This document shows, in pieces, positions 25,960 through 38,754 of a DNA stretch of 64,000 bases. The stretch covers positions 498,001-562,000 of the forward strand of contig MU058103.1 in the NCBI GenBank assembly GCA_013265495.1, read 5' to 3'. Below the pieces are notes generated by a model that had not been told where the DNA came from, ran no database searches, and saw only the letters and a list, made by a program, of their open reading frames with translations. The DNA comes from Vicugna vicugna (Eukaryota). A program made the translations under genes and the position numbers. The first letter of the stretch is position 1. Each line of letters opens with the position of its first letter.

Positions 25960-26420
25960 GTGCCTAACCCTGAGGCCTCAGCTCCTTTTCTCTCTCCATC
26001 GGCTCACCAGGCTTCAGCCACATTTTCTTCTTATGCTCCCACAAGATCTTTCTTTCTCGAATGCTTTTTCTTGAACTTGCTCTTCCTCCCACCTGCAACA
26101 GTGGCACCTGTTTCTCCGTCTGAGGGCTTCCTTTTGGCCGTTAGGCCTTAGCCTGCAGATTAATATCTTATCTCAGAGAGCCCTCGCCACTATATCTGAA
26201 GTAGCCCCCTTGTCCCTGATTGTCATCACAGCATTTTGTTTATTACATCTTGTCATAAGCTACAATTGTTTGTCTGTTGGGTTTTTTTATCTTTTGCTTC
26301 TCCTATGAGAATGCAGGGTTTGTGAGGCCAACACCCATGTCTTTCCTGTTCATCTATGTATCCTCAGTATAAGCAGGACTGAGGGCATGTGGGAAGTATT
26401 TTATTAGAATTTGTTGTCAA
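25960..26420 (+). mobile_element. L2 3' portion
   Basis: 'ctcctatgagaatgcagggtttgtgaggccaacacccatgtctttcctgttcatctatgtatcctcagt' and 'gaatttgttg' L2-end pattern. Confidence 0.55.
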
Positions 26421-26989
26421 AATATATCTAACTTTGGAGTTTTGTTGTCAAATAATATCCCTTCACAATATCAGCCCCTCCATGAACCCTCTGTTCTATA
26501 GAGCAAAAATTGGTTTTGATTACTACTAAAATGCAAGTACCCCTGAAAAAGATAATTCTGTATACTCTCTCAGTCATTTCTATTTAGTGTGAATGTCTTA
26601 ATAATTTTTCTTTTTCCTAAAGGTATACATTGGTAAATGGTAACATCTGTTATTTTATGGCCTGTTGGTCTTCCTGAAGCACTTTGACATATAATGTCTC
26701 ATTTGGGACTAAAGCCTGGAGAATTATACATGATTATTACAGGGGCATATTTTGCAAAGAAAGGGCAAACAGAGGTCTGAAAGGGGAAGGACTCATCCAA
26801 GATTACACATCTGGAAACAGAACCAGCGATGTTTCCCACTTCAGATTCTACATTCCTTTCTGCTATTTCATGCAGAAAAGAGTGAATAAATACCACAGAT
26901 TGCAAAGATGGGTAAGTGAGCTTTACAAATATCAACTTACTCAATCCATTCAGTAATCTTCTTTGAGAACCAATGCTGCCCCATTTTAT

Positions 26990-28130
26990 TTTTTTCCTGC
27001 TTTATTGGTACACAACTGAGAAACAAAAGTTGTTTGTATATGTAAGGTGTACAATGTGATGTTTTGATGTTCATACACACTATAGAATGATTATCACAAA
27101 CAATTAATTAACATGCCCATCACCTCACAGTTACGCTTTTTTTTGTGTTGGTGGTGAGAACATCTTTTTTAGCAAAATTCAAGGATACAGTCTGGTATTA
27201 TTAACTATAATCCCTATGCCATACATTAGATCTCAGATCGTATTCTTTCTGAATAACTGAAACTTTATACCCTTTGACCAACATCTCCCCATTTTCCCCA
27301 CCCTTCAGCCCCATTCTTCTCTACTCTGCTTTTATGAGTTCAACTGTTTTATATTTCAAATGTGAGTGAGACCATACAGTATTTATCTTCCTATGTCTGG
27401 TTTATATCAACCAGTAATGTCTTCCGGATTCATTCATGTTGTAACAGATGGCAGAGTTTTCTTCTTTTGTGCTGGATAGTACTCCATTTGTGTGTATGTG
27501 TGCGTGTGTGTGTGTGTGTGTCGTACATTTTCTTCATCCATTGATGGAGGGCAAGTAAGTTGTCCCTGTGTCTTGACTATCATTAATAATGCTGCAATGA
27601 ACATAAGAGAGTGAATATCTCCTCAAGATACTAATTTCATTTCCTTTGTATTTATACACAGAAGTGGGATTGCAGGATCACATGTTAGTTTTACTTTTAA
27701 TTTTTTGAGAAACCTCCATACTGTTTCTCATAATGGTTTCCCAGGTTAATATCCCCACCAATAGTGCATGAAGGGTTCCTTTTTCTCCACATCTTCACGA
27801 ACTCATGTTACCTTTTGTCATTTTGTAACAGCTATCTTAAAAGGTGTAAGGTAATAACTTATTGTGGTTTTGGTTTGCATTTTTCTGATGATTAGTGATG
27901 CTGAGACCCTTTTCATCTACCTGTTGGCCACTTGTATGTTTTTTTTTGAGAAATGCCTATTCAGATCTTTTGACCATTTTTGGAATCAGGTTATTTCAGG
28001 ATTTTGCTTTGAATTCCATATATATTTTGGGCATTAACTCCTTATTAGATACCTGGTTGGCAAATACTTTCTTTCATTCCATAGATTATCTCTTCACTCT
28101 GCTGAGTTTCTCCTTTGCTGTGCAGAAATG
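26990..28130 (-). mobile_element. 5'-truncated L1MA-type element with TSD
   Basis: Antisense 3' UTR ('aaggtgtacaatgtgatgttttgat...catcacctcacagtta') and antisense ORF2 ('gaagtgggattgcaggatca', 'tgtggttttggtttgcatttttctgatgattagtgatgctgag'). TSD core ccccattttat at 26979-26989 and 28135-28145. Confidence 0.85.
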
Positions 28131-29295
28131 TCCTCCCCATTTTATAAGTAAGCATTCATGGCAAACCCTGCAGCATTATGAACTGAGCATTCAAAAATGG
28201 GCACATATGATATATTTTCCATGTGTAAAACTGTACACACTCAGGTGTATGAATCGTTATCACAGAAGGGGAAGAAATGTTCTAAGAGGATTCTCCTTTG
28301 GCTGTCCGGAGATATTCTGGTAGACCTACAGTGTTATCTGCGTGATCATGAGCTGGCAGACAGATCAGGAACTGTGTGTGATTGTAGGAATGCAAAGATG
28401 AGAAAACATGCAGTTCCAGTACTTGTTAAGAAGACATCTAAAAGTGAAACAGATGAATTATGTCCTATAAAAAGATACATAATACAGGTGTACATTCTGT
28501 ATAAGAATAGTAAGAAAAATTGAATTTACATTAGTGGGCCAGAGGTAGTCTGCCTTAAGGTGACAGTCTAGTTCATTTGTAAACACTGTGTTAAAGTTAG
28601 CCAGGTGAAGAGTAGAGGAGAAGGGTTCTGGCCAAAAAAAATAAATGAAATAAAATAACATAAACAAAGGCTCTAAGAAGACAGGGCCTGGAGATTTTAA
28701 ATAACTGTATTGCCTAGACGAGGCCTTGAATATAAGATCATAGAAGAGACAAGACATCTAAAGAGAGACCAGTCTATGTACAGCCTTTCTAAGTCAGTGA
28801 GTTTCAAATTTTTTCCATCAGCAGCAGAAAATCAGTGAAGAGAGGTAGACAGTAGAATTACAACAAAGAATGTGAGTTCTGAACTTGGCCAACTTACTTA
28901 ATCTTTCTAAGGCCTCATTTTCTCATTTGTAAAGTCAAAGTTATATGTGTGCTTATTTCATTGCATTGTTAAAAGCAATAAATAAATTAATACAGGAAAT
29001 GTTTGTAGTATTATGTTTACCACATCATCATTATAATTATTTTAGGTATTTTATATTAATAGCATGAAGAGTTTTAACTTTTATGACAATTGATAAAAGA
29101 AATAAGTAATATATATATCAAGCGTAAGCCCAGGTTTCTGGCACAAGAATCACTCAGGATGGGTCAAACCTAGATGCGTTGGAAGTAACACCAGTGATCT
29201 GGGGAGGTCTCACTTTGGGATTCACTGAAATATGAGTGATATTTAAAATGTGAATGTGATTTTCCGGGGTGAAATGTACAATAAGAAAAAAGTAG

Positions 29296-29645
29296 GGGGT
29301 TGCTGGGCCAAGATAGTGGGGTAGTAGGAGGCAGCGCTCACTCTCTCCCACGAATACAGCAAAATCTACACCTATATATGGAACAAATCACACAGAACAC
29401 CTAATGGACTTTGGTGGAGTATCTCTTGCAGCAGAAATACAAGGAAATCCTCATAAAATAGATAAACAAAAGTTTCTTCTGTATAGCACAGAGAACTATA
29501 TTCAATATCTTGTAGTAATCTATAATGAAAAAGAATATGAAAACGAATATATGTATGTGTATGTATGACTAAAACATTTTGCTGTGCACCAGGAATTGAC
29601 ACAACATTGTAAACTGACTACTTTGATTAAAAAAAGAAAGAAAGA
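29296..29645 (+). mobile_element. Internally deleted mini-L1: first ~165 nt of the 5' UTR joined to the last ~185 nt of the 3' UTR, with TSD
   Basis: 5' part 'ggccaagatagtggggtagtaggaggcagcgctcactctctcccacgaatac...ggaacaaatcacacagaacacctaatgg' resembles the cetartiodactyl L1 5' terminus. 3' part 'ataaacaaaagtttcttctgtatagcacagagaactatattcaatatcttg...acacaacattgtaaactgacta' plus A-tail. TSD aagaaaaaagtag (29283-29295) / aagaaaaagtag (29646-29657). Confidence 0.8.
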
Positions 29646-32600
29646 AAGAAAAAGTAGTATGAGAGTTGAAGCCAAGAGTAGCACCATCATTAGAGGTCAA
29701 CTGTGAGAAGAAGAGACTGTAAAAGACTGATCTAAGCAAGGGGGGAAAAGTCAAAGAAAATGAAGCCGAGAGAAAAGAATATTCCAAGGTGGCAGGACCA
29801 TCTGTCCTAAATGATATCACATGAGGTCTAAAGTAAGCCTGCAGAATTCAGCACAAAGTGATTATTGGTGACAGTAGTAAGAAGAATTTTACAAAATGAT
29901 GAGGCAAGAAGCAAATTTCCAGGAGTAAAGAGTGAAAGGGAGGGGCCATTGGGGGCAGCGTGTCCAGAAACACTGAGACTCTTGGCTCTGGAAAAGATTA
30001 AAGAATAGGGTAGTTGAAGAGGGTTCTGAGATGCTTTCTTAGCAAATAGTGGAATTTTGTAAATATCTTACTTTCTGATGTTTTTTCAATCCACAAGCTT
30101 AACATGCACCCACTTGCAACAAATAAAGCAACGCAACAAATGACTAAAAACACAAAGCTTGCCACACCCTCCCCCCGCATCTGCCCTCAGTCCTCATTCA
30201 CCCACACGGATATCCAACCAATTTTAGCAGGATGCTGTGTGCTTTCCTTCACTGATCCAAGTATATGCAAGCACATATACTTATGTAGAGAAGATATTAA
30301 TATGTGTTTTGTTTTTACCAAAACAGAATCATACCATATACATGTGTTTCCAATTTCTTTGAACAATATGTCATCTCTACAAATGGATAAATATGAAACT
30401 TTTTTCTGATGTGTTTATACTGATATGTAAGCATGTTTTGTAAGCATGTTTTATTTTGTAAATAGACTATCATATCCCACATGAAAAGTATTTTTTTCTT
30501 TTTTAAGCAATTTTTGTCTTTGTCATTATTGCCTCTTCTTTCCCCAGCCCCTGGCCCATCTTTCCACGGAGCTCTCACTCCCAGCCTTTGCAGGGTTGTT
30601 TACAATTGGGTGCTTGTTATTTCACACTCTTCTCCATCCTCAAATAACCTCTTCTACTTTTTGTGTATTGTAACACGTTCATCTCTTTTCCATAAGGAAA
30701 CATACAGGCATTCCAAAAAATAAAACAAAGCATAGAGAGCTTAGTAACATAATTTTTCCCTTAAGAGATGCCTATCTTTCACTTCTTTCTTAGATGGCTA
30801 GAAATAGAATTGAGGGGGAAGAAAGGGAAGGCCATATAGCTTTAATAAATATGTGAAGTACAAAAACCACAATGCAAGTTAATTTTCTTGGAAATCTATG
30901 TGAAGATTTTCAAAATACTTTATAGTTGCTAATTAAGCCTCTGAATGCCAACCAGTTTAACTAAAGAATATATAGTAACTTCACAAATGGATCATTTCAT
31001 CCGACTCACGTGTTCTCCCCTAGAGTAGAATAAAATAACTATGCGATAACCCAGAGTAACAACGAACTGCATCTTAAGATGGAAAATGAATGGTTCTATT
31101 AGGGCCAAATGAATCTGCCAAGGGAGTTTATACAGAATGTGTTTTAGATTTAGAATTTGCGTGGCATGCTAGTTTTTATTGCTATTAATATGCTATTATG
31201 TAGCTGGGAGCTTGGTGTTTTAAAGTGCCTCCCTATTGTAAATTAGTCAACGCATAAAATGCTTTTGAAGTAGCATCCCAATTTTCCAGCTGAAATCTTT
31301 GCATCCCAAGGTGATTAAATGACTCTCATCAGGTGTTTCAATTTCTGTACTTTATTCCTCTGCAACTTTCTTCATAAGGGTCTGCACACTTTGGAGTATC
31401 TACTGTATTCCATGTCCTGAATTAAAGTGCTTTGCATATGTGATCACGTTTACATCTTATCCTTACGTGCGAGGGTTATGATTCGCCTCCAGTTTGGAGT
31501 CAGAGAGACTAAGGCTTAGGTGATTTGCAGAAGGAGCTCAGGGCTGCTGAGTGAAGAAGCTAGAATTGTGAGGACCAGTCTTTGGGATGCCCACACCTGG
31601 AACCGTACTGTCAGGACACACTGATCCTTCAGACCCAGGCTTATGGCCTGCTTCGGGAGCTTGGTTTGCTGCCTATCAATGGTGTTTATATATGAGCAAC
31701 GACAACTTTTAAACACATTTGAAATATTAATCACTGGACATACATAGATTTTATATTTCACTAAATAGAATGTGGATTATGTATAATATGGATTATTATT
31801 CCTATTTTACATAAACAAAAACTAAGCCTGTGATTTACCTGAATGGAAGGTGGGAGACTAGAATGATTGTATCCACATTTATTGGTTTCTGAAACTCAGA
31901 TACTAAGTTACTATACTCTACCATTCCTAATTTTGTTCTGCTATCTATTCCAGCCCCTCTCTGAAAGGAAAAAAAAATAGAAGCTATATTCTGGTATTTA
32001 CTATATCAGTCGACTTTGCTCTAAACATTAGTACTTATTTATTACCCTCATTGCATGTAATCTAAATATTGGCTGCATTTATGTTAGTGGCTTCTCATTT
32101 CAGACCTAGAATAAAGAAGCAGGGCCAATGAGGGAACATGTTTTACTTATGACAGAAGTTAGACACTCAAAGGCCTAATTTGGCCATACAATCAAATGTA
32201 AACTTCTGTGTGGATGTAGCACATAGAATCACAGTATCATGATTGCTCAGATTATATTGGCAAAAGAAAGTCACGTGCAAGAGACATACATTCCACCTAG
32301 TGGAAGACATGGCTAGTCACATCTAACAGGATGTGAGAGCAAGCCTGTCATAGGTGAGAAAATGGATAACTCTGAACTATGTAATCTACCATATTTCCAA
32401 AGGCACAAGTGAATCTCAGCGTTTCTGGCTGAATTTTGAAACCACTATAACCTGGACATCCTATCAACTCAACTGTAGTTACTACCACTGTCTAAAATAA
32501 TCGGTCTACTCAGCACACACCACATTGTTATCCATTGCTTATTGTTCCTGCTGTTTCCTCCACCTGGGGTATTTTCTTCCTTTATTCACTACTTCAAATA

Positions 32601-32879
32601 CATTTCTTTTAACCTTTCTTAACACCCTGTTCAGTTACATTGTAACATGTGACTGGGCTTTGGCAATGGACTATGGGAAAGGGGTGATGAGGTGATGTTT
32701 TTCCACCGCCAAGCCAGGGCATAAAATACCCTGAGTGATCCTGTGTTAAAAATTGCAGTGTCATAAGACAGAAGGAACCTGAGTACCTGTGTACTACTGG
32801 ATGAATACAGCCAGAGAGAGCAGCTTGACTCCAAAAAGAAGTGTATCATACCACACACACACACACTTACACACACACA

Positions 32880-35345
32880 ATGAGGCAGAGCTAAAAAGCC
32901 AATAGAGAAGGAAAAAATCCTAAAAATAATTTATTAAACCTGAAGGACATAGAAAAGAAATAAAAGAACAAGGAAAAGAGGGAACAAGTAGAAATATTAC
33001 AGACTAAAACCCAAACATAGTAGTAATTAGATTGATACGTGACAGGTGATTTTGCTGGATAAAAAAAAATTGAGACATAGCTATAAGCATTTTACATGAG
33101 ATGTGTTAAATATATAGATTTACATAGGTTGAAAGTAGTACAATGATGGGAAATGATAACACCAGGCAAATAGTAAGCATATGAAAGCCAGTAGAGCTAT
33201 GTTACATGAGACCAAGTAAACTTGGATACACAGACTATTTCCAGAAATAAAGGGTTGTTTCATACTGTTAAATGTCATTGTATCAATGCCATTGCATCAA
33301 CTTGTAACTTCCATGTAACTACATGGTGTTAAACGTCCACTCATCACACCATAATAATTCTGAATCTATATGCATCTAGAGCAAAACTATATATACATGA
33401 ACCAACAACTGATGGAATCAGAGGGAGAAATGAACAAATCCAACAAATTGAGGATTTTAACACTGCTCTTGAGTGATGATAGAACAAACAGATAAGTTTA
33501 TTGCTAAAACCCAAAGCATTTATTTTTATTCCAAAATACAGGGTGAGAGAATGGTGGTGAGGAATCTACATTTTCCACAAGTCAGACACATCACTACCAC
33601 TTACCTTCAGTTGTCCCGCATTTAGTCATATGGGCACATCTAGCAACAAGAGTGTCAGATAAATATGTTCTTTATTCCAGATGACTCAGCATGTATGTAT
33701 GATAGATATAGATGTAGATATATGTGTGTGCACGTGTATATATACACATACACACACACTATAGGTATACTAGAATCCGTATACATATAAACATAAAAGA
33801 AGGCAGAATGGACATCAGGAACCAGTTAATTGTCTACCACCAGAGTGATCAAAGAATTATGTAGTTTGCATTTGAAAAAAAACTATACATATGTATTTGA
33901 AAAAAGTATATATATACTATATGTATGTATTTGAAATATATATGTATATAATATATATATATATACTCACAAAACACAAAATACTCAATTTAAATGAATA
34001 GAATGAATGTAAATTTGGCCTCTGGGTGAATACAGCATGCAACTTCCTGAATGAAAAGAAACTTTTAGGCTACTTTTATTAATAAGTGTATCTTCAAAAA
34101 TACTAAATAAAATATAAAATGAATGTAACAGAATTTAAAATCATATTAAAATATTTACTCTAGGAATTTAAGAATGACAATATTTAATGGACTATAAGAA
34201 TCATAACATATTAGTCAAAAAAAAAGAAATGAGAAAATAGGATGAAAAGAGAAAAAAAGTATTTTTATTCAACAATATAATTGTGTTTATAGTGAATGCA
34301 AGTGAATACAAGGACATCTAAAAAGTACACAAATAAGAGATTTCATCAAGATTTCTTAAATATGACCACCATAGAAAATTAGTAAGTTTCCTATACACTA
34401 GTAACAGTTAATTAGACATATATTTAGAAAACTCACAAACTATAAAGTGCAAAGAAAGAAAGAAATATAAGATGTTAAGACATATATGGAGAAATTCTTT
34501 AAAATATATTAAAGTCTATAAAAGAAAACTGGAGTAAGTACAATTACATATAACAATTGGAAAACTCAAAATAATCAGGATAAACAGATAAGCAAAATTT
34601 AATTCAGTTTAATCAATTTCAGTGAAAATTCTCAACAGAATGGTTATGTAAACCATAACTTATTTCTAAATTATATATAAAAGAGCAACTGTCCTAGAAT
34701 TGTAAAGATATTTTTGACACTACTTCACCTGATATCAATTCTTATTATAAAGCTATAGTAATACAAACAAAATGGTTATTGGCACAGGGAGAAAAACAGA
34801 ACAAGACTAAAAAGTTCAGCAACGGACCCACTGCATATATAAACTTGTTATCTGCTGTAAGTTGCTTTAAAAATCTACAGCAAAAGATTGAATTATTTTC
34901 TGAATTATGTTGGGAAAATTTGTTTTTGATTTCATAAATATTGTACATCTCTTTCTCATAAAACTTCTATAATTTTTAAGGAAGGTATAGGTAATGAATT
35001 TCGGATGTCTGAGAATTGACGAGTTACTTAAACAAGGTAGTTTAATAAAACGTAAATCACAAAGGGTAAGACTGACAATTTTGAGTACCTCAAGATGTAA
35101 TATTTAGAACAAACAAAACAAAATGATACCACAAAAATGATTTTTTTTTAGAAAAGGAAGAACTGACTGGAGAGTTATATATACAATCTATAGGATTTTG
35201 AAAAATCCTATAAAATATTTTTAAATTAACAACTCAGTAAAAATGAGGACCAAGGATTGGGACATGTAATACACAAGAGAAGCAATCTGATTGCCCTAAA
35301 AATATGTGAAAATAATCAAACACACTGGATAACAAGGAAATGCAA
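32880..35345 (+). mobile_element. Decayed old L1 (L1M) spanning ORF2 fragments, with nested MaLR fragment and AT/CA simple repeats (~33500-33960)
   Basis: A-rich, with endonuclease-region remnants ('acaccaggcaaatagtaagcatatgaaagccagtagagctatgtta', 'gaggattttaacactgctct') and later 'cttattataaagctatagtaatacaaacaaaatggttattggcacagg'. Confidence 0.65.
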
Positions 35346-36400
35346 GGGGAGTGATCAACTGTGCCAAAGCTATAGGGACATTATATAAAAAGAGGACTGA
35401 GGACTGATCTGTAGTTGGTAATCATAAAGTCACTAGTGATCTTGACAGGCGTCAAATTGGGCGGGAGTGTTACAGATAAAAACCTGCTTGGTGTAAGTTC
35501 AAGAACAAATGAAAGGAGAGAAATCAAAGACCATTTTGTTACAAGAGAAAGTAAGTTAATAGGACAGTGAGGAGAAAAGAGAAGTTTGTAACTTTGTTCC
35601 TTTTTTTTTAATTGAGTTTTTATTAATGAAAGAAATGATTCCACAGGAAGAGAGAATACATGAGGCACGAGAGAAAAAATTACTAGAGTGATGCCCTAGG
35701 TTGAAGACCTAGGGTATGTGGGAATGGGCTGACCTTAGAAACACAGGCAGTGGACTTACTTAGCGGCAGAGGAGATGGAGGTGGAGATGTGTAGGCAGCA
35801 CAGGTGCAAGGCAGATATTGTAACAGGAGTGTGTGGAACCTCTCTTTGTAGTTGCTTTCATTTTCTTAGGAAATAGGAGAAGCATCACCAGCTGAGAATG
35901 AGAAAGATGGAGGATTGAGAAGAGAGGTAGCAATACTAAACCATCAGTGAACAGGATGGGAAAGTGAATGGAATAGGAATGCTAACGTGATGGTGAGCTC
36001 AGAGTAATGGTCCACCTGAGGTTGCCAGTCATAACTTTAAGCCTGTTTTTCAATTTATCTGGAAAATTAATGTAATTATAATAAAGTGAGGGCAGTTACG
36101 TGCTCTTCTCTAGTTTTGTTCATCTGGGCAGATATATGCATGAAACAGGGCAAGAGATGGACGGACCAGTGTTGGCGTTATGACAGGCAAATATGATCAA
36201 ATGGAAGAAGGGCAACGAAGTTGAGCATGTATTCAAGGGAGTGATGGCAATGCTGAATGGTAGCGTTTAAGTTGGGTCATGAGGAAATGATGGAGTGAGG
36301 AGGATGAGAAACACCGATAAAGTGAAGGAGGTAAATAATAATTTTCAATAAGGAGAGGGCTTAAAAACATAGTCCAGTGGGCAAAGGGTTGGAAACATAG
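35346..36400 (-). mobile_element. L2 fragment
   Basis: 'ggagtgatcaactgtgccaaagct...gaggactgag...gtcactagtgatcttgacagg' and 'gttgctttcattttcttaggaaataggaga' antisense L2 motifs. Confidence 0.55.
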
Positions 36401-36562
36401 GTACAGTTTGACTCCATTCATGTCAATTTTAAATATATATTATATTTAAAGTATGTTATAGACATACAGAAATATAGATGGTATAGACAGGAGTATATGT
36501 GTGATGTATATGTAAATATTGCATATACAATAATATATACTAGATATTTATACATAATTTTA

Positions 36563-36687
36563 TGTTCTTTCCCATCCTCTCATTTATATATATGTATGCA
36601 TAATTATATATGTAAATATTTTATCTTTATATATTTATATTTCTTTATATGTAAATATATATATAAATGAGAAGATGGGAAAGTACA
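36563..36687. repeat. Inverted repeat, ~30-bp arms around an AT-rich spacer
   Basis: tgttctttcccatcctctcatttatatatat (36563-36593) versus atatatataaatgagaagatgggaaagtaca (36657-36687); 2 mismatches. Confidence 0.9.
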
Positions 36688-36907
36688 CACAACCTTCAAA
36701 ATAGTGAGTGCCTCTGGAGAAGGAGGGAAAAGCCTTTAACTTCAGTATTTTTTTCATGATTTATTTTTCTGTGAGAGGGATAGGATAGAAACTTAATAAA
36801 GTCAGCTTGGGAGCCAGACCCAGTTTTGCCACTTATTATATCTGTGCCTATTTTCCGTTTCTTAAAGTACTCTGTGCCTCAGTTTCTTTTTTCTCTAAAA
36901 TAAGGAT

Positions 36908-37239
36908 TTCTATGCACACAGCTGTGTCCCCTAAAAATTTATGTTAAAACTGTAACTCCAAATATGATGTCTTTTGGAGATAAGTCTCTCTCTCTCTCCT
37001 CCTTTGTCTCTCCCCCTACTCTCTGTTCTCTCTCTCTCTGTGTCTGTCACTCTTTCTCTCTGCCATGTGGGGACACAGCTAGAAGGCAGCCATCTGCAAA
37101 CCAGGAAGAGGGCTCTCACCAGAACCTGACCATGTTGGCACACTGATCTCAGACTCCAGATTCCAGACCTGTGAGAAAATAAATCTCTGTGGTTTAAGTC
37201 TGGGCTATTTTGTTGTGGCACCCCAAGGTGACTAATACA
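36908..37239 (+). mobile_element. MLT1A-like MaLR solo LTR inserted in a MIR
   Basis: 'agaaggcagccatctgcaaaccaggaagagggctctcaccagaacctgaccatgttggcacactgatctcagac', ends gactaataca. 5-bp TSD aggat/gggat. The MIR core continues across it. Confidence 0.85.
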
Positions 37240-38706
37240 GGGATAATAAAACGAACTGGCCCGTGAGCATGCTAAAGCACTTCTACTACTGTCATAAAAG
37301 TGCTTTATAAGCAATAGCTATGACTTTACATGACCTCAACCCATAAAGCGGAATGCCTGAGTGATGTGTACATGGGTGTTTGCAATAATGTCTTTAGATT
37401 CCTGTAACCTTGATGTATTTAATATTAAGAATCAAAAATATACAACTTTTTGGTAGGAAAATGAATATAACATGGACAAGAGTAAGACAGGGTGACAAGT
37501 TAGAAGTTGATTTCATTAACACTTAGGAGTTGTGACTGTGATTCAACTAGAAAAGTGGCATAAGACAAGAAGAAGGAGGAAGTGATTCAAGGAATACTTT
37601 GGGTATAAAAATGAGCAGGAGAGGAAGAAGGGAAGGATAATCCTGAGGTGCCAGATCCCTGTGTAGACAGTGGTATCATTACTTCGAGTAGGTTCTCTTC
37701 ACAGTAGATTTCTCCGAGGAAGATGATGCCGTCTGCTCTTAAGCATTTCCATTTGAAGCTCACAATTAAGAATGAGCAGAAACAATTCCTCTTACACATC
37801 CTGTGTTTATGGTTTTGCTATTTAACCTTGAACCACCATGAGTGCAGATTACAGAATCACACATGAGGGATACATTCACAAATTGGACAAAAGCACATGG
37901 TTAAGAGAGACAAGAGCTCGTAAGTTTTAGAGGATGGGTAACTGTACAAAGAGATGAAGCTTTAGGCGGTCTGGAAGGATGAGGATATTCTCAGTACCGG
38001 TGCAAACTGTTGAAGTCCCTGCTGGAGAGGTGGTGCTTAGTCTAAGTTTGTCAGATAAGTTTTCCAAGATCACAGCCAGAGACAGTCCTTGCATAGCCTC
38101 CATCACATAAATTAGATGAATGTACTAGTAGGAACGATTGCCCCAATGTGTACCTAATATTTATTTGTTAATGAAAAACAATTAGAGGAAAAAAAAGAGT
38201 TTATATTTTCCTAAATAGTTTTTAAGTTTCAAGTTTATAATAGCTCCAGGAAAAATTTTTAAGATTACAAAAGTAACTCTAACTGTTTGCTTGTATATGC
38301 CAGTGTTTAGACTGTTTCATTGTGTTAAGGGAGGAGCAAAGAAATCAAAAAGAAATTCAGAGGAGTGAAGATGCCGTGGGAGGAAAGCCATCAGACAGTG
38401 TTCTGTGCTTGGCAAAAGTCATTTCTTAGTATGTAGTTTGGATGAACCCATTATCTGTGTTTGACAAATATTTAGGAGAACAGAGACATCACCCTTATGA
38501 AAAGATAGAATAAAAATTATACCTCTGTGAATTAATTTGAGTTTATCTTCTGTAATTTTAATTTTTAAAATATTTAGGAAAGAACATGAACACATCATTG
38601 TAAATACCTGTTGATGAAGAGTTTTTCTTTTTTTTTCTATGAAATCTAGCATGTTGTTATCTTGATTATAGTATAATCGACTAAGTCAGAAATTCTTATT
38701 TTTTAA

Positions 38707-38754
38707 AATTTTATTTTATTGAGTTATAGTCAGTTTACAATGTTGTATCAATTT
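38707..38754 (-). mobile_element. Ultra-short (~48 bp) L1 3'-end insertion with 19-bp TSD
   Basis: ttattgagttatagtcagtttacaatgttgtatcaattt is nearly the same as the L1 terminus at ~42172-42210. Flanked by agaaattcttattttttaa (38688-38706) and agaaagtcttattttttaa (38755-38773). Confidence 0.85.
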
